DNA of 64,000 nucleotides from Promethearchaeia archaeon (GCA_046483985.1 JAWOCD010000005.1:1-64000), one strand, 5' to 3'. Shown: positions 28,322 through 38,550, numbered from the stretch's first letter. The notes: generated by a model not told the origin, from the sequence alone. Numbers and translations are program-made.

Positions 28322-28987
28322 TTACGCTTTCACCTCGGTTGTTCTTTGATATAACTGATAGGACACCACGGCTAAAAAGGCAACGATCAAACTCCCGCCG
28401 ATAACGTTAAAGACCGTGTTGATAACATCGCCGGCATCCATTGGACCGTCTGTCTTGATGCTGATATCGAATTGGGTTTCATTTAATCCGGCAGATACAA
28501 TAACTACGTAGTTTCCAGGTACGGATTTTAAGTTTCCATTTCCATCAGTATCTCCAGCAAATTCGATATAGTAATAATCATCATTTTCAATAGTGACGGA
28601 TGATACATCCTGACTTACACCCGTATTTGGAGTATCTCCCATTGCAAATTCACTATAAACAAAGTTTTCCCCCGTCATAGCTGATGGATCATCATCAGGT
28701 TCTGAGTCAAATTCACCCTTTCCTATTATTTCAAGTGTCGCTGTACTATTGGGATAGGAGGTTGAAAATTCAATTATTGCTCTCTCATTTGTTTCTAATG
28801 ATATTTCTTGTGTGTAAGCTTTTTCTGCGTCCGTTTCAGAATCTGCATCGATTTCTTTTTCCGTTTCCTCCGCGATTACGGTTTTATCCAAGGCTTTCCC
28901 GAGTACCGGCGCAAGACCGAGCAAGACAATGCCCGCGACTAACAAGATTACCAGTATCAATTTCGTTTGTTTTGAATTTAAATCCAT
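28322..28987 (-). CDS. Acidic extracytoplasmic beta-rich protein with N- and C-terminal TM helices
   Basis: Probable start ATG 28987 (MDLNSKQTKLILVILLV...); the longer 29182 start runs through AT-rich intergenic-like DNA. Confidence 0.7.
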   Translation of the reverse strand: MDLNSKQTKLILVILLVAGIVLLGLAPVLGKALDKTVIAEETEKEIDADSETDAEKAYTQEISLETNERAIIEFSTSYPNSTATLEIIGKGEFDSEPDDDPSAMTGENFVYSEFAMGDTPNTGVSQDVSSVTIENDDYYYIEFAGDTDGNGNLKSVPGNYVVIVSAGLNETQFDISIKTDGPMDAGDVINTVFNVIGGSLIVAFLAVVSYQLYQRTTEVKA

Positions 28988-29184
28988 TTTTTTCACACTC
29001 GATTTATTTTTGACTAAATAATTTGTTAAATAATCATTATGTTTTTCCTTATTTAAGTATTTCCTAAAGGGTATGAAAAAAAAGAAGATTACTGGAGAAT
29101 CAGCGACATTAAAAATGTATCCCCAAAAAAAGACCGAGATTAATAGATTAGAAAGCAGATCAGAAGGGGCAGACGCGTCCAAGC

Positions 29185-30000
29185 TTACAAAAATAAGTTC
29201 CGAATCTTTTGCGGGCGCAGCGCACTTAGATCACAAAATTGTAAATCGTGTCCGATCTCGGCAATGATGCCCGGTGCGGTGGTCTCTGTTCGGAGGGTCA
29301 CCATATGGTCCAAAAAGAAATACCGTTCTCGTTCAAGTATGTCCTCATAATGCCCATTTTTGACGATCGCTTTTTTCACTTGGCTTTTGGTGGCGCCCGA
29401 CACAAAAATCCGTTCTAATCCATCATTGATGAGATTGCGGAAGAATCGAATGGAGTCAGCGGCGAGTTTGCCTTCTATCTCGTGGGTTTTGGGATCTATT
29501 TCTGTAATCTCAACGTGGATCGGGAAATGGTTAATAAACCCGTAGGTGTTAATGATATCGCGCACGGATACTTGTCTGAAATTACATAACTGCTCCCTGA
29601 GAATATGTAACGGGATTAGTACGTCTGTTGATGGGACGGTAATTCCGCAGTCGATAAATAGTCCAAAGCCCACCTCGCCGACATCAACCATTTGCCCTTT
29701 TAAGATGTCACCGGCTTCTAAATCCTTAAACTTTTTCAACGTTCCGATCTCAGTCTTTAAGAAATTTGCAACGAATTCCTCTTCGGATCCCCGAATCTCG
29801 ACTTCAAACCGTTTATCGTGCTCCCGAAACCGTACTAAGGTAATCATTACCTCCGGAAAATCCTCTCCGATTAAGACCTTTAAATATCGGGAATAGATAG
29901 CCCGATAATCCTTAATATACCGAAGCTCTTCGAAATTATGAAACCGATCCAACAATACCAAACGCTTTGAAATGGCTCTCACCGGAACTAATAAAAACAC
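29185..30000 (-). CDS. DUF2110 family protein (archaeal, OB-fold-containing)
   Basis: NFLKTEIG, GQMVDVGEVGFGLFID, GHYEDI, APGIIAEIG. Confidence 0.8.
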   Translation of the reverse strand: MFLLVPVRAISKRLVLLDRFHNFEELRYIKDYRAIYSRYLKVLIGEDFPEVMITLVRFREHDKRFEVEIRGSEEEFVANFLKTEIGTLKKFKDLEAGDILKGQMVDVGEVGFGLFIDCGITVPSTDVLIPLHILREQLCNFRQVSVRDIINTYGFINHFPIHVEITEIDPKTHEIEGKLAADSIRFFRNLINDGLERIFVSGATKSQVKKAIVKNGHYEDILERERYFFLDHMVTLRTETTAPGIIAEIGHDLQFCDLSALRPQKIRNLFL

Positions 30001-30281
30001 TTATGCCATATATAATTTGTCATTTCAAAAAAGACTTCGCATCATTGGGGTTTCTGATTGTTCGCCTAAAAAACCGATTTCCTTCTCTGGGTGAAATCTG
30101 CAAGGTTTGATCCCTTTTCTGGGGATAATCTCCCTTTTTAACGGGATTATATTCAAAAATAATAAACATTAATAATGTGATAAAATTATTTTATTAAACA
30201 GCAAGATTTGTTTTTCTAAAAGTTTAAATTAGAATAGTCTATTTAAACGAATACAGAAGTACTCTTAATAGGGGATTAAGA

Positions 30282-30659
30282 ATGGAGGAACTAGAACAAA
30301 AATTTGAAGAGATGTGTGATGATCTCAAGGAATATGAAGGGGTAAAGGAAGCGTTTTTGTTAAATAATGAAGGGAATGTGCTTTTTAAATCAAATAATTT
30401 TGAACTTTCCAACGAAGAATCGCGGGCAATCCTACAAGCGTGGAAAGATAAAAAACCAGCCCTAAATTATCGTAATGCGCGATATGCCGTCTTAAAAAAT
30501 GACGAAATCCAACTCGCTGCAAAAAATGTCTCCAATGGGAAGGGAATCGCAGGTTCCGTGACCAAGGATGGAAATTACCTTATAATTCAAACAGAACAAG
30601 ATTCCGGTATGATTCTCTTGGAGTGGTCGATATTTGTAAACAAGGTCGCATGGACATAA
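30282..30659 (+). CDS. Profilin (Asgard eukaryotic-signature protein)
   Basis: 125 aa; AFLLNNEGNVLFKSNNFELSNEESRAILQAW...LNYRNARYAVLKNDE matches the profilin pattern AIxgxdGxvwaxSxxFxlxxeExxaixxaF...lxxxGxkYxvlrxdd. Confidence 0.8.
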   Translation: MEELEQKFEEMCDDLKEYEGVKEAFLLNNEGNVLFKSNNFELSNEESRAILQAWKDKKPALNYRNARYAVLKNDEIQLAAKNVSNGKGIAGSVTKDGNYLIIQTEQDSGMILLEWSIFVNKVAWT

Positions 30660-30752
30660 CCCTCTTTTTTAAAGATAACGTTAGTGTTTTCTCTCTTTAT
30701 TTAGTACCTAAAAATCTGAAATAATATAAGGTAGGTTATTTTCACTATCATT

Positions 30753-31772
30753 ATGGATAACAAACAATTTAATATCGTTTATGTTATTGGTCTCGCTGTT
30801 ACCTCTCTTTTGATGGTATGGATCCTTTTTGCCGGTGAGACTTCGCTCAATTTCACGTTCCTTGTGTTCTTTTGGGTGGTCAGGTTTTTATCGGGTTTTG
30901 GATTAGTTCTGGCAGTAGCGCGTGGATTTTTACTCCTTCTTGATAAGGCTGGTAATAAACTGGGAAAAAAGGGGACAAATGTTCTTATAGTGATTGAAAT
31001 TATTATACCTGTCTTTTTAATCGGATACGGCATTTATAAAATCATGTCAAGTTATGCGGCCCGAGCAGTCATTACTCAGACGGGACTCTTGTTATGGTTC
31101 GATAACATTATTTATATCTATGGTATTGCCTCTCTATTGCTGAATTTATATATCATACCGTTAATTAGCGAACAATTTCAAAAAGCAGTTGAGTTAGGAA
31201 AAGCATCAAGTATTAAAAAAGGTGCCAAAAAAGTTGCCCGGAAGGTGAAAAAGAAATACTTCACCCTTCGGAAGAAATACGCTAAAGCCCAAGTGCAAGA
31301 TCAGATGACAGTGCGGGATATTTTAGATCTCTGGCGTAACAAATTCTCGGTCATTCTTCTTCTTGTGCTTTCTATTGGTGCTTTTCTTTTTATGCCCGTC
31401 GCATTTGTGTGCGTAATGTTTTGGCTAAGATTATATGTATTCTTCAGAAACCCGACCCAACGCTTTGAAAAAATTTTCCTTTTAATTTCAATGATCTTTA
31501 TTGGACTGGTTGCCTCTATTGCCTCTCTCCCATTCATTCAGTTTGGACTGTTAAATGAACTTTTCACCAGTATCGAATATTATTACTGGACAGTAGATCT
31601 GTTCTACTTAGTGGGAATCTGTATCGCCACATTCATTTTCGTTAAGAAACTGTTGAATCTGCAGGGAATCACCCTCAGGGCACTAAAGATGTGGAGAAAA
31701 GAGAAAAAAATTGATCAACTTACCCAAGAAAAAGAACAATTGAAAAGACAATTAGAGGAGAAAAAGGAATAA
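30753..31772 (+). CDS. Polytopic membrane protein with polybasic loop and C-terminal coiled coil
   Basis: About 7 hydrophobic segments; KKGAKKVARKVKKKYF loop. Confidence 0.75.
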   Translation: MDNKQFNIVYVIGLAVTSLLMVWILFAGETSLNFTFLVFFWVVRFLSGFGLVLAVARGFLLLLDKAGNKLGKKGTNVLIVIEIIIPVFLIGYGIYKIMSSYAARAVITQTGLLLWFDNIIYIYGIASLLLNLYIIPLISEQFQKAVELGKASSIKKGAKKVARKVKKKYFTLRKKYAKAQVQDQMTVRDILDLWRNKFSVILLLVLSIGAFLFMPVAFVCVMFWLRLYVFFRNPTQRFEKIFLLISMIFIGLVASIASLPFIQFGLLNELFTSIEYYYWTVDLFYLVGICIATFIFVKKLLNLQGITLRALKMWRKEKKIDQLTQEKEQLKRQLEEKKE

Positions 31773-32039
31773 AACCTTAGACAATAATATTTATTTTTTT
31801 ATTTGATTTCTTTTTTTTCCTCCATTCTATTTCTTTATTTATCACGACATTCTAAAAGAATAAGGTTAGATTTATGGAATTTATAAATAAAATATAAATT
31901 AATTGCTTTATTTATTAGATGTAAGTTTAAAAAAAAATAAATTTAAAACAAAACAAAATTTAAAGGTCTATTATTGTTTTGAACATGCAATATGTGTGTA
32001 ATGGACCAACAAAATAATTTAAAAAGAGGTTTATGACTT

Positions 32040-32756
32040 ATGTTTCAGCAAAAAGGACGCGGCTATGATAGGGCAATAACTCAATTTTCTCCGGAAGGTC
32101 GGCTCTTTCAAGTCGAATATGCTATTGAAGCAGTTCGCCGGGGAACTACAGCAATTGTGTGTAAAAATGAAAATTCTGTTGTGTTTGCTGTGGAAAAGAA
32201 AAGCTCAGAACTTCAATCCGAGAATATTGGTTCTGAAAAGATTTTCAAGATAGATGATCATATCGGTGTCGCGATCGCGGGTCTTACCGCAGATGCACGA
32301 GTTCTAATCGATCGTGCTCGAGTACAAGCGCAAGTTAATCGATTATCGTATGATGAGAAAATCTCTGTGAAGGACGTGACTTTAAATATCTGCGAATATA
32401 AACAGCAGTTCACGCAGAACGCAGGCGTAAGACCCTTTGGCGTTTCATTATTGGTCGCCGGTATAGATGCTGACGGCCCTTCTTTATATTTAACCGACCC
32501 CAGTGGAGCCATGTGGGGGTATAAGTCTTTCGCTATAGGCTCGGGAGCGGATGAGGCTCGAACTTACCTTGAAGAAAACTATGATGAAGAAATTAGCGAT
32601 GAGGAATTAAAGATTTTACCTCTCAAGGCGTTGAAGGAAATTATGGGTGATGATTTAAATAAAAATGCATGTGATGTAGCATTTATTCTGAAAGAAGATG
32701 TCACTTTTAAATTATTAAACTTGGAAGAGAAAGAAGAATTACTCGAAAAACTTTAA
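32040..32756 (+). CDS. psmA: 20S proteasome alpha subunit
   Basis: GYDRAITQFSPEGRLFQVEYA, GLTADAR, RPFGVSLL, DPSG. Confidence 0.98.
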   Translation: MFQQKGRGYDRAITQFSPEGRLFQVEYAIEAVRRGTTAIVCKNENSVVFAVEKKSSELQSENIGSEKIFKIDDHIGVAIAGLTADARVLIDRARVQAQVNRLSYDEKISVKDVTLNICEYKQQFTQNAGVRPFGVSLLVAGIDADGPSLYLTDPSGAMWGYKSFAIGSGADEARTYLEENYDEEISDEELKILPLKALKEIMGDDLNKNACDVAFILKEDVTFKLLNLEEKEELLEKL

Positions 32757-32900
32757 TCAGATGTTAGAACAGATTAATTTCATTTTAAGCATATCAAGGT
32801 CAAAGATTAATTTCATTCTCTTTTCACCTTTTACGATTATAGGAAAAGGGATTAATTAAAAATAAAAATTAGAATATCGTCTGAAATTTGTGAAAAATAA

Positions 32901-33689
32901 ATGATTGATCGAGGCAGAATTGATTTAGGAAAACACATTATTGGTCATTTAGAAAAAGGGGGAAGAACTTTTGAGATGTTAATGGACCCCGAAAAAGCGT
33001 GGAAAGCAAGAAAGATAATTCGTGAAGAAATCAATTCCCGATTAAAAGAGGGTAAGCAAAAATCTCGGCTCACCGTTGAAGATGTTAAAAAGGATCCTCG
33101 GCTAGATTTAGATTTAATATTTGAAAGTTTTATTGTGTTTGAAGATCTTAGACGGGGTAAAAAGGCGACCAATGGAGATATGGAGGCAGTATTTGATACG
33201 AGTGATGGAGCAGATATCGGAGCGCATATCCTGCTGGAAGGAAAGATACATTGGACAAAGGCTCAGCGAGAAGAAGAGCGTAACAAAAAACTTAAGCAGA
33301 TCATTAATATTATTAGCAAGAACGCAATTAACCCTCAAAATAAAAAACCGCATCCGCCAGAGAGAATTGAAAAAGCAATAGAAGAGGCCAATATCAACAT
33401 TGATTTAATGAAAAATGCGGAAGAACAAGTGGATGACATTGTTAAAAAATTGCAGACGATTATTCCAATTCGGATGGAACAAGCCGAATTAGCAATTAAG
33501 ATCCCATCTTCTTATACTGCTAAAGGGTATAATGTAGTTGCTCAATTATCGCAAATAAAAAAAGAAGAATGGCAAAAAGACGGATCTTGGGTTTCGGTGG
33601 TAAGTTTACCAGCAGGTTTACAAATGGAATTAATTGACAAGTTAAATAAGTTAACACACGGGCGTGTTCAGACAAAACCTTTAAAGTAA
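32901..33689 (+). CDS. Ribosome maturation factor SBDS/Sdo1
   Basis: FEMLMDP, INPQNKKPHPPERIEKA, KKEEWQKDGSW; position in the exosome superoperon. Confidence 0.95.
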   Translation: MIDRGRIDLGKHIIGHLEKGGRTFEMLMDPEKAWKARKIIREEINSRLKEGKQKSRLTVEDVKKDPRLDLDLIFESFIVFEDLRRGKKATNGDMEAVFDTSDGADIGAHILLEGKIHWTKAQREEERNKKLKQIINIISKNAINPQNKKPHPPERIEKAIEEANINIDLMKNAEEQVDDIVKKLQTIIPIRMEQAELAIKIPSSYTAKGYNVVAQLSQIKKEEWQKDGSWVSVVSLPAGLQMELIDKLNKLTHGRVQTKPLK

Positions 33690-33778
33690 AATTCCTAAAA
33701 ACGAATAAATAAATATCTTAAATTAATATTATTTTTTAGGAATAAGGAACTACATAATAATTTAGAGTGTGAATAGAA

Positions 33779-34666
33779 TTGAACAGTCAAGAAGATTCAG
33801 ACGAAAATCAAGATGCTGAGGAAATAGATAAGGACGAATATGATGAAGACGAGCAAGTTGAGGAGGATTACGAAGAAAATGGAGAATACGACGAAACTCA
33901 AGACGATGCCCACGATGAGGATGAAGAGGAGTACGAAGATGTTGACGATGAGGACGATAATCTAAGAGATATCGTTGTTCCGGGAGAGACGCTTACAGAG
34001 GACCTTGACACTTACAAACCAGGTAGAGGCACCATAATTAATAAAACAGAGAATAAGATTATTTCTCTTTATATTGGGCTTAAAAATATCAAAAATAACT
34101 ACATTAATGTCATCCCCTTACGAGGAATATACACGCCGAAAGTTGGAGATAAAGTAATTGCGATAGTGGTTGATAAGAACCCCGTGAAATATAAGTGTGA
34201 CATTAATGCGAAATATAAAGCTCAATTGAGACCTAAAAATACCGTGAAACAGGGTAAATTTCGAAGAAAAAAACGGAAAAGAATGGATACTTCCAAATAC
34301 GATCTTGGCGATGTATTAGTTGCGAAGGTTATTTCAGCTAATAGATTGAATAAACCGAGGTTAACAACTGTTGGAAAATACTTGGGTAAAAAATCAGGAG
34401 GAGTTGTTATCAACATTGATCCTCCGAAAATACCCCGAGTGATTGGCCGCAACGGTTCGATGATAAAAATGTTAAAGCGAATGACAAATTCAAATATTTT
34501 TGTAACTCAAAATGGTCGAATCTGGCTTAAAGGGGATAGCCCCGCAAATGAACGTTTGCTAATTGATGCAATAAATAAAATTCAAAGGGAAGCGCACACC
34601 AGTGGTTTAACTGATCGTGTGCAAGCCTATATAGAAAGCGAAAAACAAAAAAGAGGGATTGATTAA
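33779..34666 (+). CDS. rrp4: Exosome RNA-binding subunit Rrp4 with acidic N-terminal extension
   Basis: IVVPGE, YTPKVGDKVI (S1), PRVIGRNGSMI (KH), QNGRIW, AHTSGLTDR. Confidence 0.95.
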   Translation: MNSQEDSDENQDAEEIDKDEYDEDEQVEEDYEENGEYDETQDDAHDEDEEEYEDVDDEDDNLRDIVVPGETLTEDLDTYKPGRGTIINKTENKIISLYIGLKNIKNNYINVIPLRGIYTPKVGDKVIAIVVDKNPVKYKCDINAKYKAQLRPKNTVKQGKFRRKKRKRMDTSKYDLGDVLVAKVISANRLNKPRLTTVGKYLGKKSGGVVINIDPPKIPRVIGRNGSMIKMLKRMTNSNIFVTQNGRIWLKGDSPANERLLIDAINKIQREAHTSGLTDRVQAYIESEKQKRGID

Positions 34667-34669
34667 ACA

Positions 34670-35452
34670 ATGACGTTATTAGTTAAGGATGAATATCCAG
34701 AAAAGTTATTTCAAGAAGATGGAAAAAGACTTGATGGTCGAGATAAAAAACAGCTGCGACCGATTAGTTTTGATGTTGGAGTAATTCCAAATGCTGATGG
34801 TAGCGCATATTTAGAATGGGGAAACAATAAAATCTTTGCAGCAGTGTACGGACCTAAAGAGGTTCACCCACGTCATATAGCTAAATCTGATCGTGGAATA
34901 TTACGTATATTTTACCGAATGGCGACATTTTCTGTGTTTGACAGAAAGCGTCCTGCTCCTGGTCGAAGGGAGAAGGAAATTTCAATGGTTGTTTCTGATT
35001 GTTTAGAACCTGTACTATTTCTTGAATTATATCCTCAAACATGTTTTGAGATATACATAGAAGTAATTGATGCCGATGGAGGAACTCGGTGTGCAAGCAC
35101 TACTGTTGCGGCTTTAGCGTTAGCCGATGCAGGAGTTCCTATGAAAAGTTTGGTAACCGCTCTTGCAGTTGGAAAAATTGATGGTGAATTGGTTGTAGAT
35201 CTCTCGGGAATCGAAGATAAGGCAGGAGAAGCGGATTTGCCGGTTGCAGTTACATGGTTTAACGAAGAACTTTCTTTGTTGCAATTTGATGGGGAAATAT
35301 CTATGGATGAACTTAACACATTATTGGACTATGCTGAAGATGCGTTACAAAAAGTATACGAAAAACAAAAAGAGGCATTGAAATCGAAATATATTGATAT
35401 TCAATTAGAAACTAAAAAAGAACTTGAAGAAACTCAAGGAGGAGAAGAATAA
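34670..35452 (+). CDS. rrp41: Exosome subunit Rrp41
   Basis: RLDGR, ADGSAYLEWG, YGPKEVHPRH, DADGGTRCAS. Confidence 0.97.
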   Translation: MTLLVKDEYPEKLFQEDGKRLDGRDKKQLRPISFDVGVIPNADGSAYLEWGNNKIFAAVYGPKEVHPRHIAKSDRGILRIFYRMATFSVFDRKRPAPGRREKEISMVVSDCLEPVLFLELYPQTCFEIYIEVIDADGGTRCASTTVAALALADAGVPMKSLVTALAVGKIDGELVVDLSGIEDKAGEADLPVAVTWFNEELSLLQFDGEISMDELNTLLDYAEDALQKVYEKQKEALKSKYIDIQLETKKELEETQGGEE

Positions 35453-35454
35453 AA

Positions 35455-36285
35455 ATGATGGACGTTAAACGCGTAATCTCGACTATTGAGAAAAATCATA
35501 TCAAAAAGAACCTTAAGGACGGAGTGCGAATTGATGAGAGAGGTCTTTGGGAATTTAGAGAGATTGAAGTGAATACGGACGTAGTCGCTGCAGCAGAAGG
35601 ATCCTCCGATGTAAAAATCGGAGATACACGGATTATGACTGGTCTTAAATATGATATTGGGACTCCATATCCCGACTTACCCGATGAAGGAGTATGTACC
35701 GTAATGGCAGAATTACTTCCATTAGCTTCACCCTTATTTGAACGAGGTCCTCCAGATGAGCAATCCATTGAATTGGCAAGGGTAGTGGATCGGGGTATAA
35801 GACATGCCGACTGTATTCAAACCAAAAATCTATGTGTCAAGGAAGAGGAAGCTGTATATATCTTATTTCTTGATATGTATGTCATCAATTATGCTGGTAA
35901 TTTGATTGATTGTGGAGGATTAGGGGGACTCATGGCCCTAATTTCAGCACAACTTCCCGAAGGAAAGTGGAATGAAGAAACAGAAGAGCCCGAATGGACT
36001 GGAAATTATATCAAACCGGAAAATCTGGTGAATGAACTTCCAATAGCCATTACTTTTGGGAAGATCGAGGATATGTTATTCGTGGATCCGTCTCTTCCCG
36101 AAGAGTTAGTGGCCGATGGAACTGTTACCTTCTCTTGCACCGAGGAAAACATAACTTCTATCCAGAAATCAGGTTCAGCAACCTTTACTTTTGACGAGAT
36201 AAGAGAACTGGGAAAAAAATCACTGGAAATTTCGAAAGATCTCAGAAATCAATTAGATCCTTGGCAATACAAATCAGAAATCTAA
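35455..36285 (+). CDS. rrp42: Exosome subunit Rrp42
   Basis: AEGSSDV, PYPDLPDEG, IELARVVDRGIR, IQKSG. Confidence 0.96.
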   Translation: MMDVKRVISTIEKNHIKKNLKDGVRIDERGLWEFREIEVNTDVVAAAEGSSDVKIGDTRIMTGLKYDIGTPYPDLPDEGVCTVMAELLPLASPLFERGPPDEQSIELARVVDRGIRHADCIQTKNLCVKEEEAVYILFLDMYVINYAGNLIDCGGLGGLMALISAQLPEGKWNEETEEPEWTGNYIKPENLVNELPIAITFGKIEDMLFVDPSLPEELVADGTVTFSCTEENITSIQKSGSATFTFDEIRELGKKSLEISKDLRNQLDPWQYKSEI

Positions 36286-36412
36286 AAAAAAATCAAACAA
36301 TTTTTTTATAATCTCAATTTTTGCTTATTTTTTAATTGCCAAATTTAATAAAAAATTCTTCCTTTTAAATTAATATAATCTTTAATCTATATGAGAAATT
36401 GAACTGGTTGAC

Positions 36413-36715
36413 ATGAAAAAGAAAAAGAAACTGCGGAAAGTTGGGATTACCGGCAAATACGGTCCTAGATATGGAGCCGTTGTAAGGAAAAGAGCAAGAG
36501 CGTTAATGGAAGGAATGAAGGCGGAAGATGTTAGATGTCCGCGCTGTGCTACAAAGGGGAAGCTAGAGAGAGTCTCAACGGGGATCTGGCATTGTGCAAA
36601 GTGTGATGTAAAGTTTACAGGAGGCGCTTATTTAAGCAAAACAGAACGTGGAAGAGAGTCATTTAGAATAGCAAATCGGAAAAATAGAGAATTAAAGAAC
36701 AAAGAAGAATCATGA
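36413..36715 (+). CDS. rpl37ae: 50S ribosomal protein L37Ae (eL43)
   Basis: KVGITGKYGPRYG, CPRC, GIWHCAKC, FTGGAY. Confidence 0.96.
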   Translation: MKKKKKLRKVGITGKYGPRYGAVVRKRARALMEGMKAEDVRCPRCATKGKLERVSTGIWHCAKCDVKFTGGAYLSKTERGRESFRIANRKNRELKNKEES

Positions 36716-36975
36716 ATCATGAACCTCTTTCTATAAGAACTTCCACACAAATTTCTTTCCCTTCTCAGAAAATATGTAATTCTTGTTATAAATCATTTTT
36801 ACCGGAATTAAATGAATTTCAGACAGATCGGTCAACAATAACTATGAAGAAAGCAGAAAATTGTATAATTTTTGATATAAAGTGTAAGGATATCACCGCT
36901 TTTCGAGCAACAATGAGTTCTGTTATCGGGTTTGGAAAAATTTATGAAAAAATTTATGATTTATGTAAAAAATAA
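36712..36975 (+). CDS. pcc1: KEOPS complex subunit Pcc1
   Basis: 87 aa; LPE...RS, DITAFRATMSS motif; conserved position after L37Ae. Confidence 0.85.
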   Translation: MNHEPLSIRTSTQISFPSQKICNSCYKSFLPELNEFQTDRSTITMKKAENCIIFDIKCKDITAFRATMSSVIGFGKIYEKIYDLCKK

Positions 36976-37065
36976 TTTTATAGATTAAATGATAATGGAA
37001 ATTAACAGATTAAAAAAAAATAAATATTAACAAATAAATACTTTATTAAAGTGTAGGTTTTTAAT

Positions 37066-37422
37066 ATGTCCATAAATCTTGATAATTATAGCGATGAAGT
37101 GAAAAAGAAAATTCAGTCTTTACAAAATTTACAACAGAGCCTTGAATTTTTAAGTAACCAAAGGATGCAAATTCAAAGTAATTTACGAGAGACTGAACAA
37201 GCAATTGAAATTCTGGAGAAAACAGATGAAGACGAAGTAGTATATAAATCGATTGGTGGAATCATGGTAAAATCTGATCAAAAAAAACTTCTTGATGAAA
37301 AAAAGTCGCTTAAAGTTACTCTTGAAATGCGATCAAAAACGGTTCAACAGAAGGTTGATAGAACTAAAAAACAATTAGAAAATTTGCGACAATCACTCCA
37401 GTCTGAACTTCAAAACCAATAA
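37066..37422 (+). CDS. pfdB: Prefoldin beta subunit
   Basis: Coiled coil - VYKSIGGIMVK - coiled coil. Confidence 0.94.
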   Translation: MSINLDNYSDEVKKKIQSLQNLQQSLEFLSNQRMQIQSNLRETEQAIEILEKTDEDEVVYKSIGGIMVKSDQKKLLDEKKSLKVTLEMRSKTVQQKVDRTKKQLENLRQSLQSELQNQ

Positions 37423-37499
37423 TTTGCTATCTTTTTTACTCTCTCTCCCTTAACTCTATTTTTATTTTATCTATCTTGAAAAAGCCAATTTGATCGAGA

Positions 37500-38531
37500 A
37501 TGATAATTGAGGATAAAATCAAAAAGCTGATAAAATATCTTCGGAACAAACAGATTTTAATTTTGACTCACCATTCCGCAGATATTGACGCGCTAAGTTC
37601 TTGTTATTTGTTCCACCATGTACTAAAAGAAATCTTTGAGCCTAAGACTTTAGATTTATATTTTTCAAGCATTTCAAGGACAACGAGGCAGTTTATGGAT
37701 CAGTTCATTTCCTCCTTTCCAAACTTTAGTTTTGACATGAAGAAGACTATAGACCAACAAGACTATGATATTATTATAATTATAGACACCAACAATCTGA
37801 ATCAAGTTGAAGGAATTTCTTTTTCAAACGATCCTTCTAATTTAGACTATCTTTTTATCGACCATCATGCGAATTTAGGGCAACAAACCATTCGTAGTAT
37901 ATCAGAATATAATATAATTGATGACTATTATTCGTCTGCGTCTGAAATTATCTTTGAAATTGTAAAAGTATATCAGCTTAATTTAAGTATTCCTTTGAAA
38001 TTCTTGACTATTTCGGGAATACTTGTTGATTCTGGTTTTTTTAAGTTTGCAAATAATCATACCATTCACACCTGTTCTCAATTATTGGATGAAGATTTTA
38101 CGATTTATGATGTCTATTCAATGCTTGAGTTTGAAGAGGATATTTCCCAAAAGATCGCCAGAATAAAGGGTTTGCAACGTTTAAATTTAATACGCCATGG
38201 TGATTATCTCCTCGGTATAACTCATATTGGAAGTTTTGAATCCGTGGTTGCATCGAATATCATCAAGAACGGATTGGATATCATAATCGTGTATTCAAAA
38301 AAAGCTGAATCACGATTTCGGATTACAACGAGAGCGAAAAGAAAGATTTGCAAATCGACTGAACTTCACTTAGGAAAATTATTAAACGAAACATCAAAAA
38401 AATATCATGCAAATGGAGGCGGACATGATGGTGCAGCGTCGATGAATTTACGGAAGACTTCAGAGGTGGAGATTGAAAAGCTGCTTGATGAGCTAATACA
38501 ACAAATAAAACAAATTTTAAATGAATCCTAA
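37500..38531 (+). CDS. DHH family phosphoesterase
   Basis: THHSADIDA, IIDT, IDHH, GILVDSG, GGGHDGAA. Confidence 0.92.
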   Translation: MIIEDKIKKLIKYLRNKQILILTHHSADIDALSSCYLFHHVLKEIFEPKTLDLYFSSISRTTRQFMDQFISSFPNFSFDMKKTIDQQDYDIIIIIDTNNLNQVEGISFSNDPSNLDYLFIDHHANLGQQTIRSISEYNIIDDYYSSASEIIFEIVKVYQLNLSIPLKFLTISGILVDSGFFKFANNHTIHTCSQLLDEDFTIYDVYSMLEFEEDISQKIARIKGLQRLNLIRHGDYLLGITHIGSFESVVASNIIKNGLDIIIVYSKKAESRFRITTRAKRKICKSTELHLGKLLNETSKKYHANGGGHDGAASMNLRKTSEVEIEKLLDELIQQIKQILNES

Positions 38532-38550
38532 ATTATCTTGAACAAGAAAG

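Noticed and set aside
28988-29182. N-terminal 65 aa of the 286-aa ORF call
   Set aside because: Reads through AT-rich promoter-like DNA; ATG 28987 directly precedes a signal-anchor helix
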